From assembly GCA_964270895.1 (NCBI GenBank), contig OZ185436.1: a stretch of 64,000 nucleotides of DNA. One strand, written 5' to 3'. Below, in pieces: positions 15,618-32,002 of this stretch (its first letter is position 1; each line of letters starts with the position of its first letter). Both the position numbers and the translations under genes were made by a program. The notes under the pieces are model-generated. The model was given only the letters and a program-made list of their open reading frames with translations, was not told where the DNA came from and ran no database searches. This DNA comes from Podarcis filfolensis. Taxonomy: Eukaryota.

Positions 15618-15826
15618 CAGTGGTACCTCTGGTTACGTACTTAAGTCATTCCAGAGGTCCGTTCTTAACCTGAAGCACCACTTTAGCTAATGGGACCTTC
15701 TGCTGCTGCCGCACCCCCGCCACGCGATTTCTGTTCTCATCCTGAAGCAAAGTTCTTAACCCGAGGTACTATTTCTGGGTTAGCGGAGTCTGTAACCTGA
15801 AACGTATGTAACCTGAGGTACCACTG
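15618..15826. mobile_element. Tc1/mariner-type MITE (209 bp)
   Basis: About 23-bp TIRs CAGTGGTACCTC(T/A)GGTTAC(G/A)TAC, with TA on both flanks. Confidence 0.85.
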
Positions 15827-16164
15827 TATACAAAGCAAATGAAGTGCTATCTTTACATGAAGCAGGTAAAATGGATCAGCTTCTGTTGGTGGTGGAGTAG
15901 GAAAAGCGTTTGACCTACACAAAATTCTTCACTCTACAGAATGGGAACTTAGTGGAGGAACAATCTATCTGCTGTGGCCCCCATGTGGAGGCAGCTGCAT
16001 ATTGCAGTCAAGATGGTAGCATCTCCATACTGCAGGTTTAATATGTGCAGGTGCTTCCACATCAGTCCCAGACCGTCCTCCTTTCTGTGACATGATGAAA
16101 GTGCATGAAATTATGCATGGATAATTCTCCTAGGCATTCAATGAAGGTGAAGATTAAAAGATAA

Positions 16165-16480
16165 TAGGAAGTGCTTCTTCACACGGTACATAGTTAAACT
16201 ATAGAACTTGTGGCCACAGAAAGCAGTGTTGACCACCAACGTGGATGGCTTTAAAAGAGAGTTAGGCAAATTCCTGAAGAAGGCTGTTGAAGGCTACTAG
16301 GTACGATGGAGGACTTCATGGTCAGAGTTAGTAATGATTCTGAATACCAGTTTCTGGAAACTGCATAAGGGGAAGAATGCTCTTGGGCTCAGATCCTACT
16401 TGCAGGTTTCCCACAGGCATCTGGTTGGCCACTGTGAGAACAGGATGCTAGAACAGATGGCCCAGCAGACTCTTCTTAAG
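16165..16480 (+). mobile_element. CR1 LINE 3' fragment
   Basis: ggaagtgcttcttcacac...gatggctttaaaagagagttag...ggccactgtgagaacaggatgc. Same family as 43410-43660 (opposite strand). Confidence 0.7.
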
Positions 16481-17886
16481 CTTACTGTGTGAAGAATCTC
16501 TATGCTTGTGCTGGAATAGCCTGAAGATCACTACTGAAGTACCATGGAGACCTTCCATTTGATGTAGAGGAACAATGTGTCATGTCATATTAGTCATTCA
16601 GATGGTTTCAACTGGTCTGTTGCTGGAGTAATGTGTAGAAAAGATCTAAATCTTGGCTAACACAGACAATAACATTTCCTATCAATGTGACTTTGCCGTC
16701 TCTGCAATCAGATAGTACCATAGTGTTTTATTTTTTAAATAATCACGTTTCAACTTTCTATAAAGCAAATATATGGAGTCATTAGCTCTGATTAAAAACC
16801 CAAGCCTAAAAATACAGATTGTGATGATCCAAAGAAGTGATCGGAGCACACCAGGGTGGGGAACTTGAGGAACATGTCTACAGTTGGGGGTCTTGTTGTA
16901 AACGCCTTTTTCAATTCCCACTGCAAAGATATCAGCAGTGTTATCAAAGAAGTTTCTGTCTTCAGCAGTTGGAACTGCTACGGCAACAGCAATGAGCAAA
17001 TTTCCTGCTGTGCCTGCACCCTTCTCTCTCTGTGTGTACACACCTTTGGATTATGGCCACTAACTTAATGATTTTAGTGAAAAACATGCTTACCATGTTT
17101 GCCTCAGTCCAAAGCTCTACAGATGCTCTGATGAAAGAATGAGCTCCAGAATTTGCATTGACTTTTCTTTCATTGTAGTGTTGGGGAAGGGCTTTGCATG
17201 TGGCCTAACACTGCTTGCTATGTACATTGGAACATTTTTAGCCATGAAACGAACCTCAGGTTGGAACAGAAAAATGTACAGGAGTCAAGAATCTGATCCT
17301 GCATTGTGATTGAGGGTAATTCTTAAACAACAGTTTCCCAGGTCTGATGTCATGGGAAACCATGGTTTTGAAAACCCACAAATGCAGGGTGCTTGAGAAC
17401 AAGGCAGAGGTGGGGTGATGAGAAGGAAGCCATAATTTATTGGACTGGGATCATTATGCATGAACCAGGCCCATCTGTCTATAGTAAAGGGGTAATGGAT
17501 AGACTTCTCCAAAGCTTGTTTTTATTAAGGAAAAGCCAATAATAAGGAGAAAAGGAAGTTGAGACAACAGGTGGGGTGATGGATATTGCGATATTTGTCC
17601 AATGATAAAGGGACATTATGGGAGGGTTAGTAACATTAACATTTAAGCAAGGCAATGCGGTAATGGAGCACTGATGCAGACAGTTTGTGCAATAATGTGA
17701 GGACTGCACCAGCCCCCTGCAGTATTTCCTGGCACAAATCACATGGAAACTGGCCAAATGGACATCATTTGTGAAAAATGTCTCACTGACCCTCAGATAC
17801 ACTAATGTTACAGAAAGCTGCAATGCAGTTGCTACGCTCTGACATTAACTGAATTAAGGTGCATCTTTCATTAAATCATTCATTTA

Positions 17887-18114
<228 letters not shown>

Positions 18115-18985
18115 TTATTGCTTTATGCACCAAGTTAACTAATTATTTTCCTACATGAACTGGCAGTTTACTAATATTTTCAGTCTGAAACAGTATTTTC
18201 CTATTTTTATTGTATTCACCTACCAAGTATAGTGGAAAAAACCCCTTTATTTTACTTGTGAAATGAACATTTCTAACTGTTAATACCAATCACTAGAATT
18301 TCAGTGTTACTGAAAATATATTTTATCATAAATGCTTCTTCAAAGAACTATATCAAACAATGCTACATATTTTTATCCGCAGTTTAGTCAATAAGCTCAT
18401 TATAATGTAATATAATGGAGTTCCGTGTCTATTATAAATTCTGTGGGCTGTATCCAATGGTGTAGAAGGCAGAGCTCAGTCAACCAACCTTTCTCTTCCT
18501 CTCCTCCCTCCTCTGAAAACCCTCTTGGGCGATGCGAAAAAGGGCTGCAATATGAGGGAGGAATTATCCAATATCAAGTGGAAGGATTTTGGTCCAGTAG
18601 GACCCCTGCAGGGGCTGCAGGGGGGGGGAGAGAGAGATCAGCTGTATGCTTTTTGTTCCCACAACTTTGGATACAACCCCATCACATTTGTATACAAATA
18701 TTTACAGTATCCTCTAAGATTCCCACATTAACCAGCTTTATGTGACCCTTCCCCTTCCATCCAACCCTGACAGCTTAATGAGATGTCATTTTTCTGATCT
18801 AAAAATAACTATGCTGAAACCCTGACCAACTCAAGAGCAATGCCTATAATTGTTTTTAGTTTCAATACTCTATTGTGAAATTGATTATGTGTAACCCACC
18901 TTGGTTTGGGTCAAGAAGGATGAAGAGTATGAGTCTTGAAATGCACCCATAACCTATAACTAGCCTTCAAACTGCACCTCACTTT

Positions 18986-19122
18986 GAATGACAGAACTGT
19001 AGAGTTGGAAGGGACGACAAGAGTCTAGTCCAGCCCCCTGCAATGCAGGAATCTTTTGCCCAATGTGGGGCTTGAACCCACGACCCCGAGGTTAAGAGTC
19101 TTACACTCTACCAACTGAGCTA
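18986..19122 (-). mobile_element. tRNA-Lys(CTT)-derived SINE with CR1-type tail
   Basis: The minus strand reads TAGCTCAGTTGGTAGAGTGTAAGACTCTTAACCTCGGGGTCGTGGGTTCAAGCCCCACATTGGGCA (A and B boxes; 5' acceptor-stem strand missing), then a tail shared with the CR1 at 14663. Confidence 0.85.
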
Positions 19123-19140
19123 TTTGACATTTTCTTCTTA

Positions 19141-19371
<231 letters not shown>

Positions 19372-19757
19372 CTAACAGGTTGTGGACTGAAAACACCATA
19401 CATCTGATCTGAACTGATGCCAGGGGAAGAATTATAAAGACAACACAATATTCTTAACATTTATATTTATATCGCTTACTTACATCAGCTGACTAACCCT
19501 TACAAAGCTTATTATTGTACCCATACTGCAAACTGTAGAAGAAAGGGGAGACGCAGGCTGAGACACAGTGACCTCCTAAGTCCACTGACTGGATTCATGG
19601 CAGAGACAAGACTTAAGGGGTTCAGGCTGAATTTTCACAAGGCAATCTCTTAGCCATTGTATCATACTTGGCAATTGCTTAGTGACCCAACTATTTGAAA
19701 ATCCTCATACTCCAGTGCCTCTTCTTTGCCAAGAAAAGAACCAATAAATTTTATCTA

Positions 19758-20386
19758 CTGTATTTTTCTGCCTATAAGACGCCCCCATGTATAAGACTCC
19801 TCCCTATTTTGGGGGACTCAATTTTAAGAAAATGAGGGGAGATAGCCCAAAGTTGTTGAGCTTCTCCCCCCATGCAGCTGCGGGCAGCAAAAACTCCCTA
19901 GATTGTTTCCCATGTGCAGCGGCATCAGGGGAAGTTGTGCTCCCACCCGCCAGCTGGTTGGTGGGAGAGAAACTTCCCCTGATGCCGCTGCGCGCGGGAA
20001 ACAATCTAGGGAGTGTTTCCCGTGCACAGGGGCACTGGGGGAAGCTGCGCTCTCACCAACTAGCTGGCTGGCAGCACACAGCTACTCCTGCCTGCACAGC
20101 TGTGGCCAGGAAACACTTCCTAGATGCTCACTGCGGCATCGGAGGAAGTTGCGCTCCCACCAACCAGCTGGCTGGCAGCACACAGCTACTCCTGCCTGCA
20201 CAGCTGCGGCCAGGAAACACTTCCTAGATGCTCACTGCGGCATCGGAGGAAGTTGCACTCCTGCCAACCGGCTGGCTGGCGGGCATGCCGCTCCCCCCCA
20301 TGCCACTGTCCGTGTATTGGACGACCCCAGTTTTTTGACACAATTTTTGAGTCAGGAAACATCATCTAATACACAGAAAAATACAG
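19758..20386. mobile_element. Non-autonomous Tc1/mariner (pogo-like) element with internal hairpin and 104-bp tandem repeat
   Basis: 24-bp TIRs CTGTATTTTTCTG..TAT.AGA.G, with TA on both flanks. Confidence 0.8.
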
Positions 20387-20901
20387 TATGTTATGCTGAA
20401 TGCCCAAGGTGTGGAGGCTATCAGCAACCACTGGAGGATGTTGACAGTTCTTCCCCCATCTGCAGATAAGTCCAGTGAATGTAGACAGTCTCCTACGGCA
20501 CCATTCTCAAAAGATGCATATAGGACTGACAACTTCCCTTTCTGATTCCTGACTGTAACATATACATGAGAAAGACCTGAATCTACATACTGTGAGCACA
20601 TTAGTAATAAGAGAATAGACTCCACTGGGGATTATAAATGTACTAGAGATGCAATATTTGTGCATTGGGAAGCAGTTCTTTCCATTCTGCTTCCTCTCCT
20701 TAATCCAGAACTGAGAGGGTCTTGGGAAAGATCATATGGTGCCCAGAGGCATTCTGACTATGAGAAATAATGTATCTCTATCTTCTCTCCACAGTACAGC
20801 TGTTCTATGTAAAAACTTACAAAAACAAAGAAAGGAAAAAATGTGTTGCGGTTACTACTGTTGTTATTTAGGAATACCCCACTCCAACCTGCATCATGTC
20901 A

Positions 20902-21063
<162 letters not shown>

Positions 21064-21363
21064 TCACAAGACAGACAGCAAGTGAGAAGGTGATTAAGAA
21101 GTGGTCCTTGATTCGGAATTACTATGCAGAGAGAAAGAACTGACTTGTACCCCATATGTATGAGTTGGCCTTTCTATACTAAAATGGAGGTAAGGATTTT
21201 GATCCATTCATTTCAGCAGTCAGGGAAAGCCCATGCTTGCAAAGGAATATGCACAAGGATCTGCTTCCTCCACTGTAGTAAAACTGAGGGTAAGGGAGTA
21301 ATTTTATACATGAAGTGGAGCTTCAGTTGGTAAAAAAAACCCTGCTGGCTGGGGCATATGAGC

Positions 21364-21533
21364 GAGAAGGGCTGTAGCTCAGTATCTGCTTTGAATGCAG
21401 AAGGTTCAGTTCCACATCTCCAGACAGGGCTAAAAGAGAACTCTGTCTGGGAGGCTCCCAGTTAGTGAGCAAGACAATACTGAGTAAGATGGACCAATGG
21501 TCTGACTCAGTATAACGCAGATTCCTATGTTCC
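21364..21533 (+). mobile_element. tRNA-derived SINE (same family as 11655)
   Basis: GTAGCTCAG head and the same tail. Confidence 0.7.
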
Positions 21534-21821
21534 CATTAAAACAATAAAAAGGAGAACAAAGAACGCTTCCATATTTGAAAGTATGCCATGAGATGAATGG
21601 ATGAGAAATGCCAACCATAACTGTCCATTCTACTAAAGCCCATTATTTCACTAGGGATATAAATCATATTATGAGTAGATTCACACAGTTACTTTTAAGG
21701 GCCAAAAAATGTTTGTATGTGTGTGATGCTTCTCACCATAGGTGAAGCAACTACAAGAGTACCCTTGGCTGGCTTGGGATCTGAGATGTGCTATATGAAA
21801 TTATTTAGGCTTTCATATTTA

Positions 21822-22106
<285 letters not shown>

Positions 22107-22642
22107 TTATTAACAATATTTCACCTAAAAGTAGCGCTAGGCAATAGGTGGTGAACTTGATGCGCCCCAGAAGTCCAACAGAGTCTGGAGGTCTCCATTT
22201 GGCTACCCCATGCTATACACATTCAGCAAGGGTATCTGAACCATCAAATTAATTGTGGGATTTAGTGCATGAAAAAATCTGTAAGTTACTAACATAGAAG
22301 TTCTGTTTCCATGATGCAAAATTTGGAACAGAGGTTAGGCAACATATTTTGGATACGTGACAATATTTAGTTGTTTAAAAGGTAGTTGCCAGTCAAGAGT
22401 ATGCAATACAGTACTAAGCAGTTCGTGTTATTAACATGGACCATTTTCAACTCTGTGCTAACAATCTCCTCTCATTTCCCAGCAATGTATATTTGTTGTG
22501 ATCTCACCACCTGCACAAGCTATAAGATCTTCAGATAAGGAAGCAGTCTGTCCTTTAAGGAAGTACATAGCAGCTGATACAACACAGTTAAAAGCTTGCC
22601 ATGTTTTGACAATTGAACCAAAACCAAGCAGAAGACTCCTAC

Positions 22643-22719
22643 CTGCCAGCCATTGCTTTATAGTAAGCAAAGATCTGGTCTGCCAATTTGTAAACAAATT
22701 GATCAAAACACAAGTTGAC
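22643..22719 (-). CDS. CYFIP2: CYFIP2 exon 19 (VNLCFDQFVYKLADQIFAYYKAMAG)
   Basis: 77 nt, cag/gtagga. Confidence 0.97.
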
Positions 22720-22782
22720 CTGTCAGAAGAGTGAAAGAAACAGGCTTTAGGACCAAAATGCATAAGACTGGACAATTGTTTA

Positions 22783-22950
<168 letters not shown>

Positions 22951-23221
22951 TTAGGACATGCCAGCACAGTGTTTGGGTATGACAGTCACCTCCGTTTCTT
23001 TCTTCTTTAAAGCAGAAGTTCTCTGCCTGCTCACTTAGCACTAAAGCCAACCTGGAGTGCGTAGAATCTTGCCCTCAAAAGTATTTGTATATGAGCAAGA
23101 AGGGAAAGGGCACATGGGAAGCACGGGTGGGGGGGTCATGTCCAAGGGTGCAAGAAGTAGGAAGAATGGCAAACGGGAGCCAGTGACGGCAGACAACGGA
23201 AGACCTGATAGAGATACAACC

Positions 23222-23403
23222 AAAAACTGTCCTTGGGTACAGCATCTGCTTTGCACGCAAAAGGTCCCAGGTTCAATTCCTGGCCTCCTCAGGAAGGGCT
23301 GGGAGAGAACCGTGCCTGAAATCGGAGAGCTATTGCAAGTCAGCATGCACAATACTGAGCTACATGGGCCAGTGGTTTGACTCTGAATATGGCAACTTCT
23401 TGT
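23222..23403 (+). mobile_element. tRNA-derived SINE (same family as 11655)
   Basis: B box GGTTCAATTCC and diverged tail. Confidence 0.65.
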
Positions 23404-23991
23404 CAGAGAGATCAGGACCTGCATTTCGGTGTGCCATGGACACTTCGTAAGCATGTGTTTAAAAACCAACCAAGCAAGCACACCCAGTGGAAACTTAGTT
23501 TCATGCATAAAATGTAATCAATATTTACAATTTAACAATGCATGTTATTAATCCTCTGACTTTTAAAAACAAATTTCTTCACACACACAAACTGAAACTG
23601 ATGGAAGAGTTTGAACTACCCAAGTGAAACATACCCCCCTGCCATAAATCAATCTCACTTGTTTCACAAGTTCTAAAAAGACCAGAGCAATGAATGCTGA
23701 TTTTATGCATCACCTGAGGATCCCCCCATTAGGCAAAATATCTGGCTTACCCTTTAAGCCAGTCCTCATTGCCACCCACCCATTCTGATGGCAAAAGGAG
23801 ACAATGTACCCCAAATGAAAGGCAAGTACAGAAGGCATAGTACCTGACCTTAGACACTAGGCTACTATTTCCTTTTACATGCTAGAAGGAATACATGCTA
23901 CAATAAAGACAAATGCCTTCAGTTTGCCATCTCAAAGATATCCAACCCATTTATTTCCACAGATGCATTCCACAACATCCTTGAGCTCTTA

Positions 23992-24183
<192 letters not shown>

Positions 24184-24584
24184 TTATGAAGAATGAGCAG
24201 AAGGCTAGTCTACATCTGCTATTATAAATTATAATATATATCAGATCTAAAAGCATATCCGAGTTAAGAAAAGAGTATGTACATGATATATGATTTTTAT
24301 TTTAAGATATAAATATGCTTCATGGCCATAAACTACTGTATTCAAGAAACCAGTTTAAACACACATGCTAGCAATTTCTGGCAAAGTTCACATCCAGATC
24401 TAAAAGCACCTTAATATGAGCTACAGCAAAAGGGAGAGATTGCCCCAGATGCTACTATCCTTTGAAATGTTACCTCATATAAAACATGTATTCATATCAA
24501 CAGAAAGGCTGCCTGAGACGCTACTATCCTTGACGTATTACACACACCAAACATGCATTCATATCAAACCTGCGTCTGTTACTA

Positions 24585-24992
<408 letters not shown>

Positions 24993-26191
24993 CTATGGAG
25001 GGTTGGGGTTTGAGCAAAGTTTGGAGAGAGCTACTGAGGTGGATGTGGGTGGCTGGTAAGTGCCCCTGGATTTTTTAAGGGGTTTTCAAGAATGTTTGTA
25101 GTTTTTTCCAATTGATTTTCAAATATATGCACTTTCACTGATGCATACAGTGCCTTGGAATTTAACCCCTGCATAAATCTCCTACAGCTAACGACTGCTC
25201 AAGTGTGAGTTTATCTGTACTTTTTCTTAAAAACCTATAAACAAAATTCCAGCTCAAAAGCTTGTGGGCAATTTATATTTCCCATGCCACTTAATTGCTT
25301 TGCTCAACCTGGAACACTGTAGTACAGCTCCCATCAGCCCCAGACAGTGTGGCCAATGGTCAGGGATGATGGGAACAGGAATCCAAAACATCTGGAGGAC
25401 ACCAGGTTGGGGAAGCCAAGTAAGAATGGAGATCTGATTTCATCCTGGACTACTGTGTCTAGGTGATTGGGGGTGGGCAGCAAGGATGTGCCCTCTTCTG
25501 CCTCTGCGTGGCACAATTGCCAGGCTAGAAGCAGGAAGATCTGTAAGAGTGCCGCCATGTTGATCCTTAGCACTGGGTTGCTGATAATAACTATGCAGAA
25601 GCAGACACCAATAAAATCGCAATAAAATTTACTTCCAAGTAAATAGCTCCAAACCAATGAATATGAAAGGTCCTGTGTGTTATGTGTTGATTGGAATATA
25701 TCTTGTTCCTCAGAGAACTACTGTGGAGTGGGAGGGGAATGAAAACACCATTTCCAGCCTCCATGATGTATACGTAATACTCCAGCACCATTTACTAGTT
25801 TTTCATTTCTGACAGTGCCAATCACCTATCAGGTGAGAGGATCTAACCAGACTTCCAGAGTACCCAAGATGTGACCTACACCACCTGAGCTAATAGTTTT
25901 GATATCTGTTTGTCAGGAGGATCAAGGCTCCTTGAAAAGGAAAAGTGCACAAGCAGGCTGATGTTACTGGAGAGGCTTCTCCTTTTATAACCAATGTGTT
26001 TAAGGCTGAACTGCAAGCTAACTGCACGTTTAGAACAGCAAACAATGTTACGAACTGCAACCTCCTACTTGTGCAGAACAGTGTGATTCACAGAACATAA
26101 TTCACATATCAAATAATTATACATGATATAATTAAGACAGCGTGACTGGTGTTAAAGAGAAACTTTAAAACAAAAGCATTCTAAATGTTTA

Positions 26192-26464
<273 letters not shown>

Positions 26465-27275
26465 TCAGACTGGCCTACCTCACAGGACTGATGCAAAGAT
26501 ACAATTAATACAGGAGCAGTGCGGGTCTTTTTAAAAGCCTTGGGGCCACAGCGCATCATGGGAAACCTGATAGGGCCAGTGGTACTGTGGCCAGAGGCCA
26601 AAATGGGTGACACAGCTTATGTGATCCTTACCTTCCAGCCACAGGAAAGTCAGAGTTTTATACATAAACAGAAGAACCGTATGCATGTGGCCCTTTGGAG
26701 TTTATTAATAAAGCAGTTTATTAAAATACATGGGAATGTTGGTGTTGTCTGTTTATCCAATCATAATCATCATCATCCTGCTATGGTTTCACACAAGCCC
26801 TTGGACAATAATGCAATTGTTGGGGGATTGTGAACCTTTGTCTTTATTGCTTAGGAACATCCTGAGATTATGGATGCAGGTTTTAACCATGTCAATAGCT
26901 GCTATTGTTCTTTTCTTCCAACACAGCTCTTGAGAAACAAAGGTACATTTAAGAGTAGAACTAAATTATGATTGACATGGAGTTGCCACCAAACCCATGT
27001 CAAATTTTCCCTTCCTCCCTCCCTAATGTTCAGAGATGCTAACTCCTGCTGTGACCTCATTCAGTTGTGTGTTGCTCCACCCCTATCAGAAGGAGCCAAT
27101 GATATGGAACATCAGAGGGGAAAGGCTTAATGTGATAATGCCACAAAATGGATTAACTCTGGGGGAACCGCATTCAGGGCTGCCATTTTTGACAGTATTG
27201 TGTTGAGTGCAGCATCTGGTTTCTCCCTTAAGAGTTCACAGCCAAGTTTTGCTTGTATTGGGAAGGCCGGCCTCA

Positions 27276-27674
<399 letters not shown>

Positions 27675-27867
27675 TTAAAGCATGGGCATGTGCCTCGAAA
27701 GAGCACGGAGAAAACTAAGTATGGATAAACCCTAACACTGGTAGTGTTTAGTGGGACTGGTGTTGTTTTACCATGTATACAAGCCCTTACAGATAAAAAA
27801 CATAGCAGAAACAACTTGGCCAAAGGAGAAAATGTTTAACCCCAAGTATACTGAGCCTCACATGCTA

Positions 27868-28092
<225 letters not shown>

Positions 28093-28288
28093 TCAAACAC
28101 TGCTTGTCATTTGAGAAAAATCTTAGTGAAACCATTTCACGATCTCACAACTCCTCCACTGTATGCAAAATCCTTGCTTTATTCACGTTAAGTTTTGTGT
28201 CGTGGTAATCGATGGCCACCAATCAGGCTGAATAAGAATTAAACACATCTGACACCCTGAGTATTGTACGTCTATAGCCACTACTTAC

Positions 28289-28408
28289 CACTTCCATAAC
28301 ATGTGCACTCCACTTGGACAGAAGCTGCAGTCCCCGTAAAGCCAAGTCAAAAAGCTCCCTGTATTCCTCATCTGACTTCTGGCTGTCCAATCCTGAGCCA
28401 GTCACAAC
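28289..28408 (-). CDS. CYFIP2: CYFIP2 exon 12 ([16 protein letters not shown]...AHVMEV)
   Basis: 120 nt, cag/gtaagt. Confidence 0.97.
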
Positions 28409-29060
28409 CTGGAGAACATCAGATAAGTACCTCTGTCTGAGGGACACATGCCTATTGTAGCTTAACAACTGCATCTTATCCGATGCCACTATCATATCTT
28501 TTTTAAAAAGTATTACCCTCTCCCTTAACTGAGTTTCAGGTCTGAGCAAGAAAAAGTAAACAGTTGTACAAAAAACGGAGATGACAGCCCTGAAGAAAAG
28601 GGAGCTGGTGCAGAAGAACTGAGAGAGACATGGTGCTAAGTGGAAAAGGAAACAGGAATAAACTGGAACCTCAGAAAGAGGCACATTACAGAGTGGGTAT
28701 GGACTCTGTAATGATGGTGGGTATGGAGGATGAGTTTTGGCCATTCTGCATTTGTTTTTAGGTTGTAAAATGGTTGCTTTTGATTTTGGGGTCTTCTGCA
28801 ACAGAAAAGCAAAAAGTTCAGAGAAAGGTTGAAAGTATGCGGCAGTGGGAAGTTTACAGGAAGGTTAAAAGCATGGCACAAAAAGTTTAGCCTAGGGATC
28901 TGGCAAGTTAAAAAAACCAGAAACACAACCAGGATGCTACTCTCCTTTGGGTTGGCTAAAAGTGGGTAGGGGCAGTGAAAATACTGAATAAAGTAAACCC
29001 GGAAAACAGAGTAGTTAGCCCCCACTCTTGAGGGGTGGTTTTATCTGCACTCTAACATTA

Positions 29061-29381
<321 letters not shown>

Positions 29382-29904
29382 TCACTCTGTAAATATGTCA
29401 ATTCTTTCGCTTGTTGCTTCACCCGGTCAACACATGGGAAAGCGTGCTTGTCAATATCCCTCTGGATGACATGTTACACAGCCAATTACTTACCAAGGGC
29501 AACACTGTGGCCTCATCTTTCATACCTTCATGAAGCATCTATAATGCACTTATTTTGCAGTCATGGAGAAAACTGGACTGACATGAGAGAAAAGGGAGAC
29601 TGGTCTTCAGCATCTCTTATTGTGAATGTATGACTGGAACCCAAAAGCAGCAGCTGGGAGGAGAAGTCTCCTAAATACTTTGTCTTATTTGAAGGATTTG
29701 AGCCACTTTTTAGGGCTAAGTCCTCACAAATCAATTTAAAATGGAGTGAGAAACAAGGTACAAATAGTCGCAGCAGAACCAGTGTAGAGATTAATCCAAG
29801 CTGCTGCTCTGGTATCAATTAAAGGCAGCATGAAAAGGAAGCCTTCGATGCCACGGTTGAAGGGACAAGATACAAGTTTATTGAAGGGGGGTCTATAGTT
29901 TTGG

Positions 29905-30090
29905 AGGCCATCACTGACAATGCCCTGTACACACCAACCTAGCTGATTTTAATGGTGGGAACTTGAGGAGGACCCCTGGGACAGATGTTAGCATACTGCA
30001 AGGATTACAGGGGTGAAAGTGGTTCTTCAGATAACCTGGACCCAAGCCACTGAGGGCTTTAAAGGTTAAGACCAGGACTTTGTGTTGGGA
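29905..30090 (-). mobile_element. L2 LINE ORF2 fragment
   Basis: KVLVLTFKALSGLGPGYL motif. Confidence 0.75.
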
Positions 30091-31256
30091 CAAAAAACCT
30101 ACTGGTATTCAGAGAAACCGGAACAAATTTGTGCATTCATATTTTCTGGCCCCCACGAGAATCCAAGTGGCAGAAGTTTTCCACAGCTGTAGCTTCTGGA
30201 CCATCTTCAGAGCACGCTGCAGTAGCCCTCATGTGCTCAGAACAAAAACAGCAGCAGCAACAAAAAGTTAAAAAAAAAACCCATTCCACAAACTGAGTTG
30301 CAGGGTCTGTGTGTATTATGGCTATATTATACCTATCTGGCACAAATGAATCATCAGAGTAGCTCTCTGTAAATGAGAATTTGAATGAATTAATTCATTG
30401 ATTCAGTTCAGACATCACACCAAACCATGGTTTATTCCTACCATGGTTTAGAACCCAAACCATGGTTTCAGTTTCCAAATGTACAGGCAAATTAGCTAGT
30501 CTGCTCCCCCCATTTTTGTTCTGCACAGGCCTCTAGAGGTTTGTTGGTTTAGACATCACATCAAACCACTTTGATGTATGTTTTTAATTCTGGTTTACTG
30601 GCCGATTTCAAACTACAGCTTGCCAGTTTGTACATCACACCAAAACAACAGTTAAACTTTTTGTATGATGTTTGAATTGAATCACTAACATTTCCTGTGA
30701 TAAATGTGCATTGTTTACAGATTCAGTAACTGGCCGTAAAAATGCTTAAAATAAATAAATAGGTGCAACAAGTAAAAAATGACACTGTTTGCATACCACA
30801 GTAAGCCATTATTGATGACTTACCAAGAATGAGGAGTGTGCTAGTACAAACTGCACAATTACTCTGGTGCAAGAAGGAACAACAAGCAATGCAACTTAGT
30901 TTGTCATTAGGTTTGAACCAGGATCATGGTTTGTTCCTCCCCCCAAAACAATATCAGCAAGCCTAGAACAAATATTGGATTTGTTATTGTGGTCTTTTCA
31001 GAAGAAACAAACGACAGCCCCAGATTTGGACATAGCAAAAAGCCAAGTTTCATGGTCTGTTGCTCCTATTCACATAAGAGGAAGAACAAAGTGGGAGTGA
31101 TTCGGGTGTGTGCACTAGAATGCTGCTAATTCATGATTAAGCCACCAACCATGGCTTACCATGATGTGCAATTTGGCCGTTTGCCATGTTGTTCCACTAT
31201 TCAAAATCTGCTAGGTGTTGTGGGGTTTTTTGGTCATTAGCTATTTAAAGATACAG

Positions 31257-31540
31257 ATACTGTTTTCATCCTGTTTTTGGACTCTGAACTAGCTCTCTTC
31301 AGTGACATTTTGGTAGATGCATATATGTTAACTATGTTGATGGTAGATGACCATCTCTAATTATATCTTCAGATGTCACACAATCTCAGTATAAAAGCAT
31401 ATATATTGTTATTATCCCATTTTTGGAATCTGAACTATGTCTCCTTGGTGACATTATGGTAGCTGCAGTTAAGTTAACTTTGCTCACAGTGGATGGTCAT
31501 GTCTAATTATATCTTCAGATGTCCCATGATCCCAATACTT
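31257..31540. repeat. Diverged tandem duplication, period about 146 bp
   Basis: tttttgga.tctgaact at 31274 and 31420; ctaattatatcttcagatgtc in both units. Confidence 0.8.
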
Positions 31541-32002
31541 TGCTCTTACCCTTTCAGTGTCCTGCTTCCCCCAAAGGAATCGGCAGGTTAACAGGGATGG
31601 TCAGAATTATAAGGCCATACAAGAAAAACATAGTTAATTGCATCTCGGCACAACGGTGAAATGAATAAAGAGCAAGAAAAGTAAAGGACAGGGTATGAAA
31701 GCACAGGAAAACAATTCTGCAGCCCGTTAAAGTCCAAAATCTGTTCTCCCTGGAAGGAGAAAGTTGCAGGGGGCCATGCTGCTCTGACTGAAAACTGAAT
31801 GAAAAAGGAATTGTTAGTAAGTGAGGACAGTTGGAAGAAATATTTCACATTTTTACTATTGGGATGGAGTTGGGAGATATTTGAAATGGGACTAAAACAT
31901 ACAAATTGTTAAAACAGCTTCCACAAATGGAAAACCTTTCCATACACCGTGGAAATTAGTTCATGACAGTTAGGATCCAACAGACTGTGTAACAAGTTAG
32001 GA

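Noticed and set aside
19057-19122. tRNA-Lys(CTT) gene
   Set aside because: Lacks the 5' acceptor-stem strand, has several substitutions and is fused to a CR1 tail, so it is a SINE head.
19860-20290. CRISPR-like array
   Set aside because: Eukaryotic intron; the units are contiguous tandem copies with no unique spacers.
19787-20469. 146-aa and 188-aa repetitive ORFs
   Set aside because: Products of the GC-rich tandem repeat inside the MITE.
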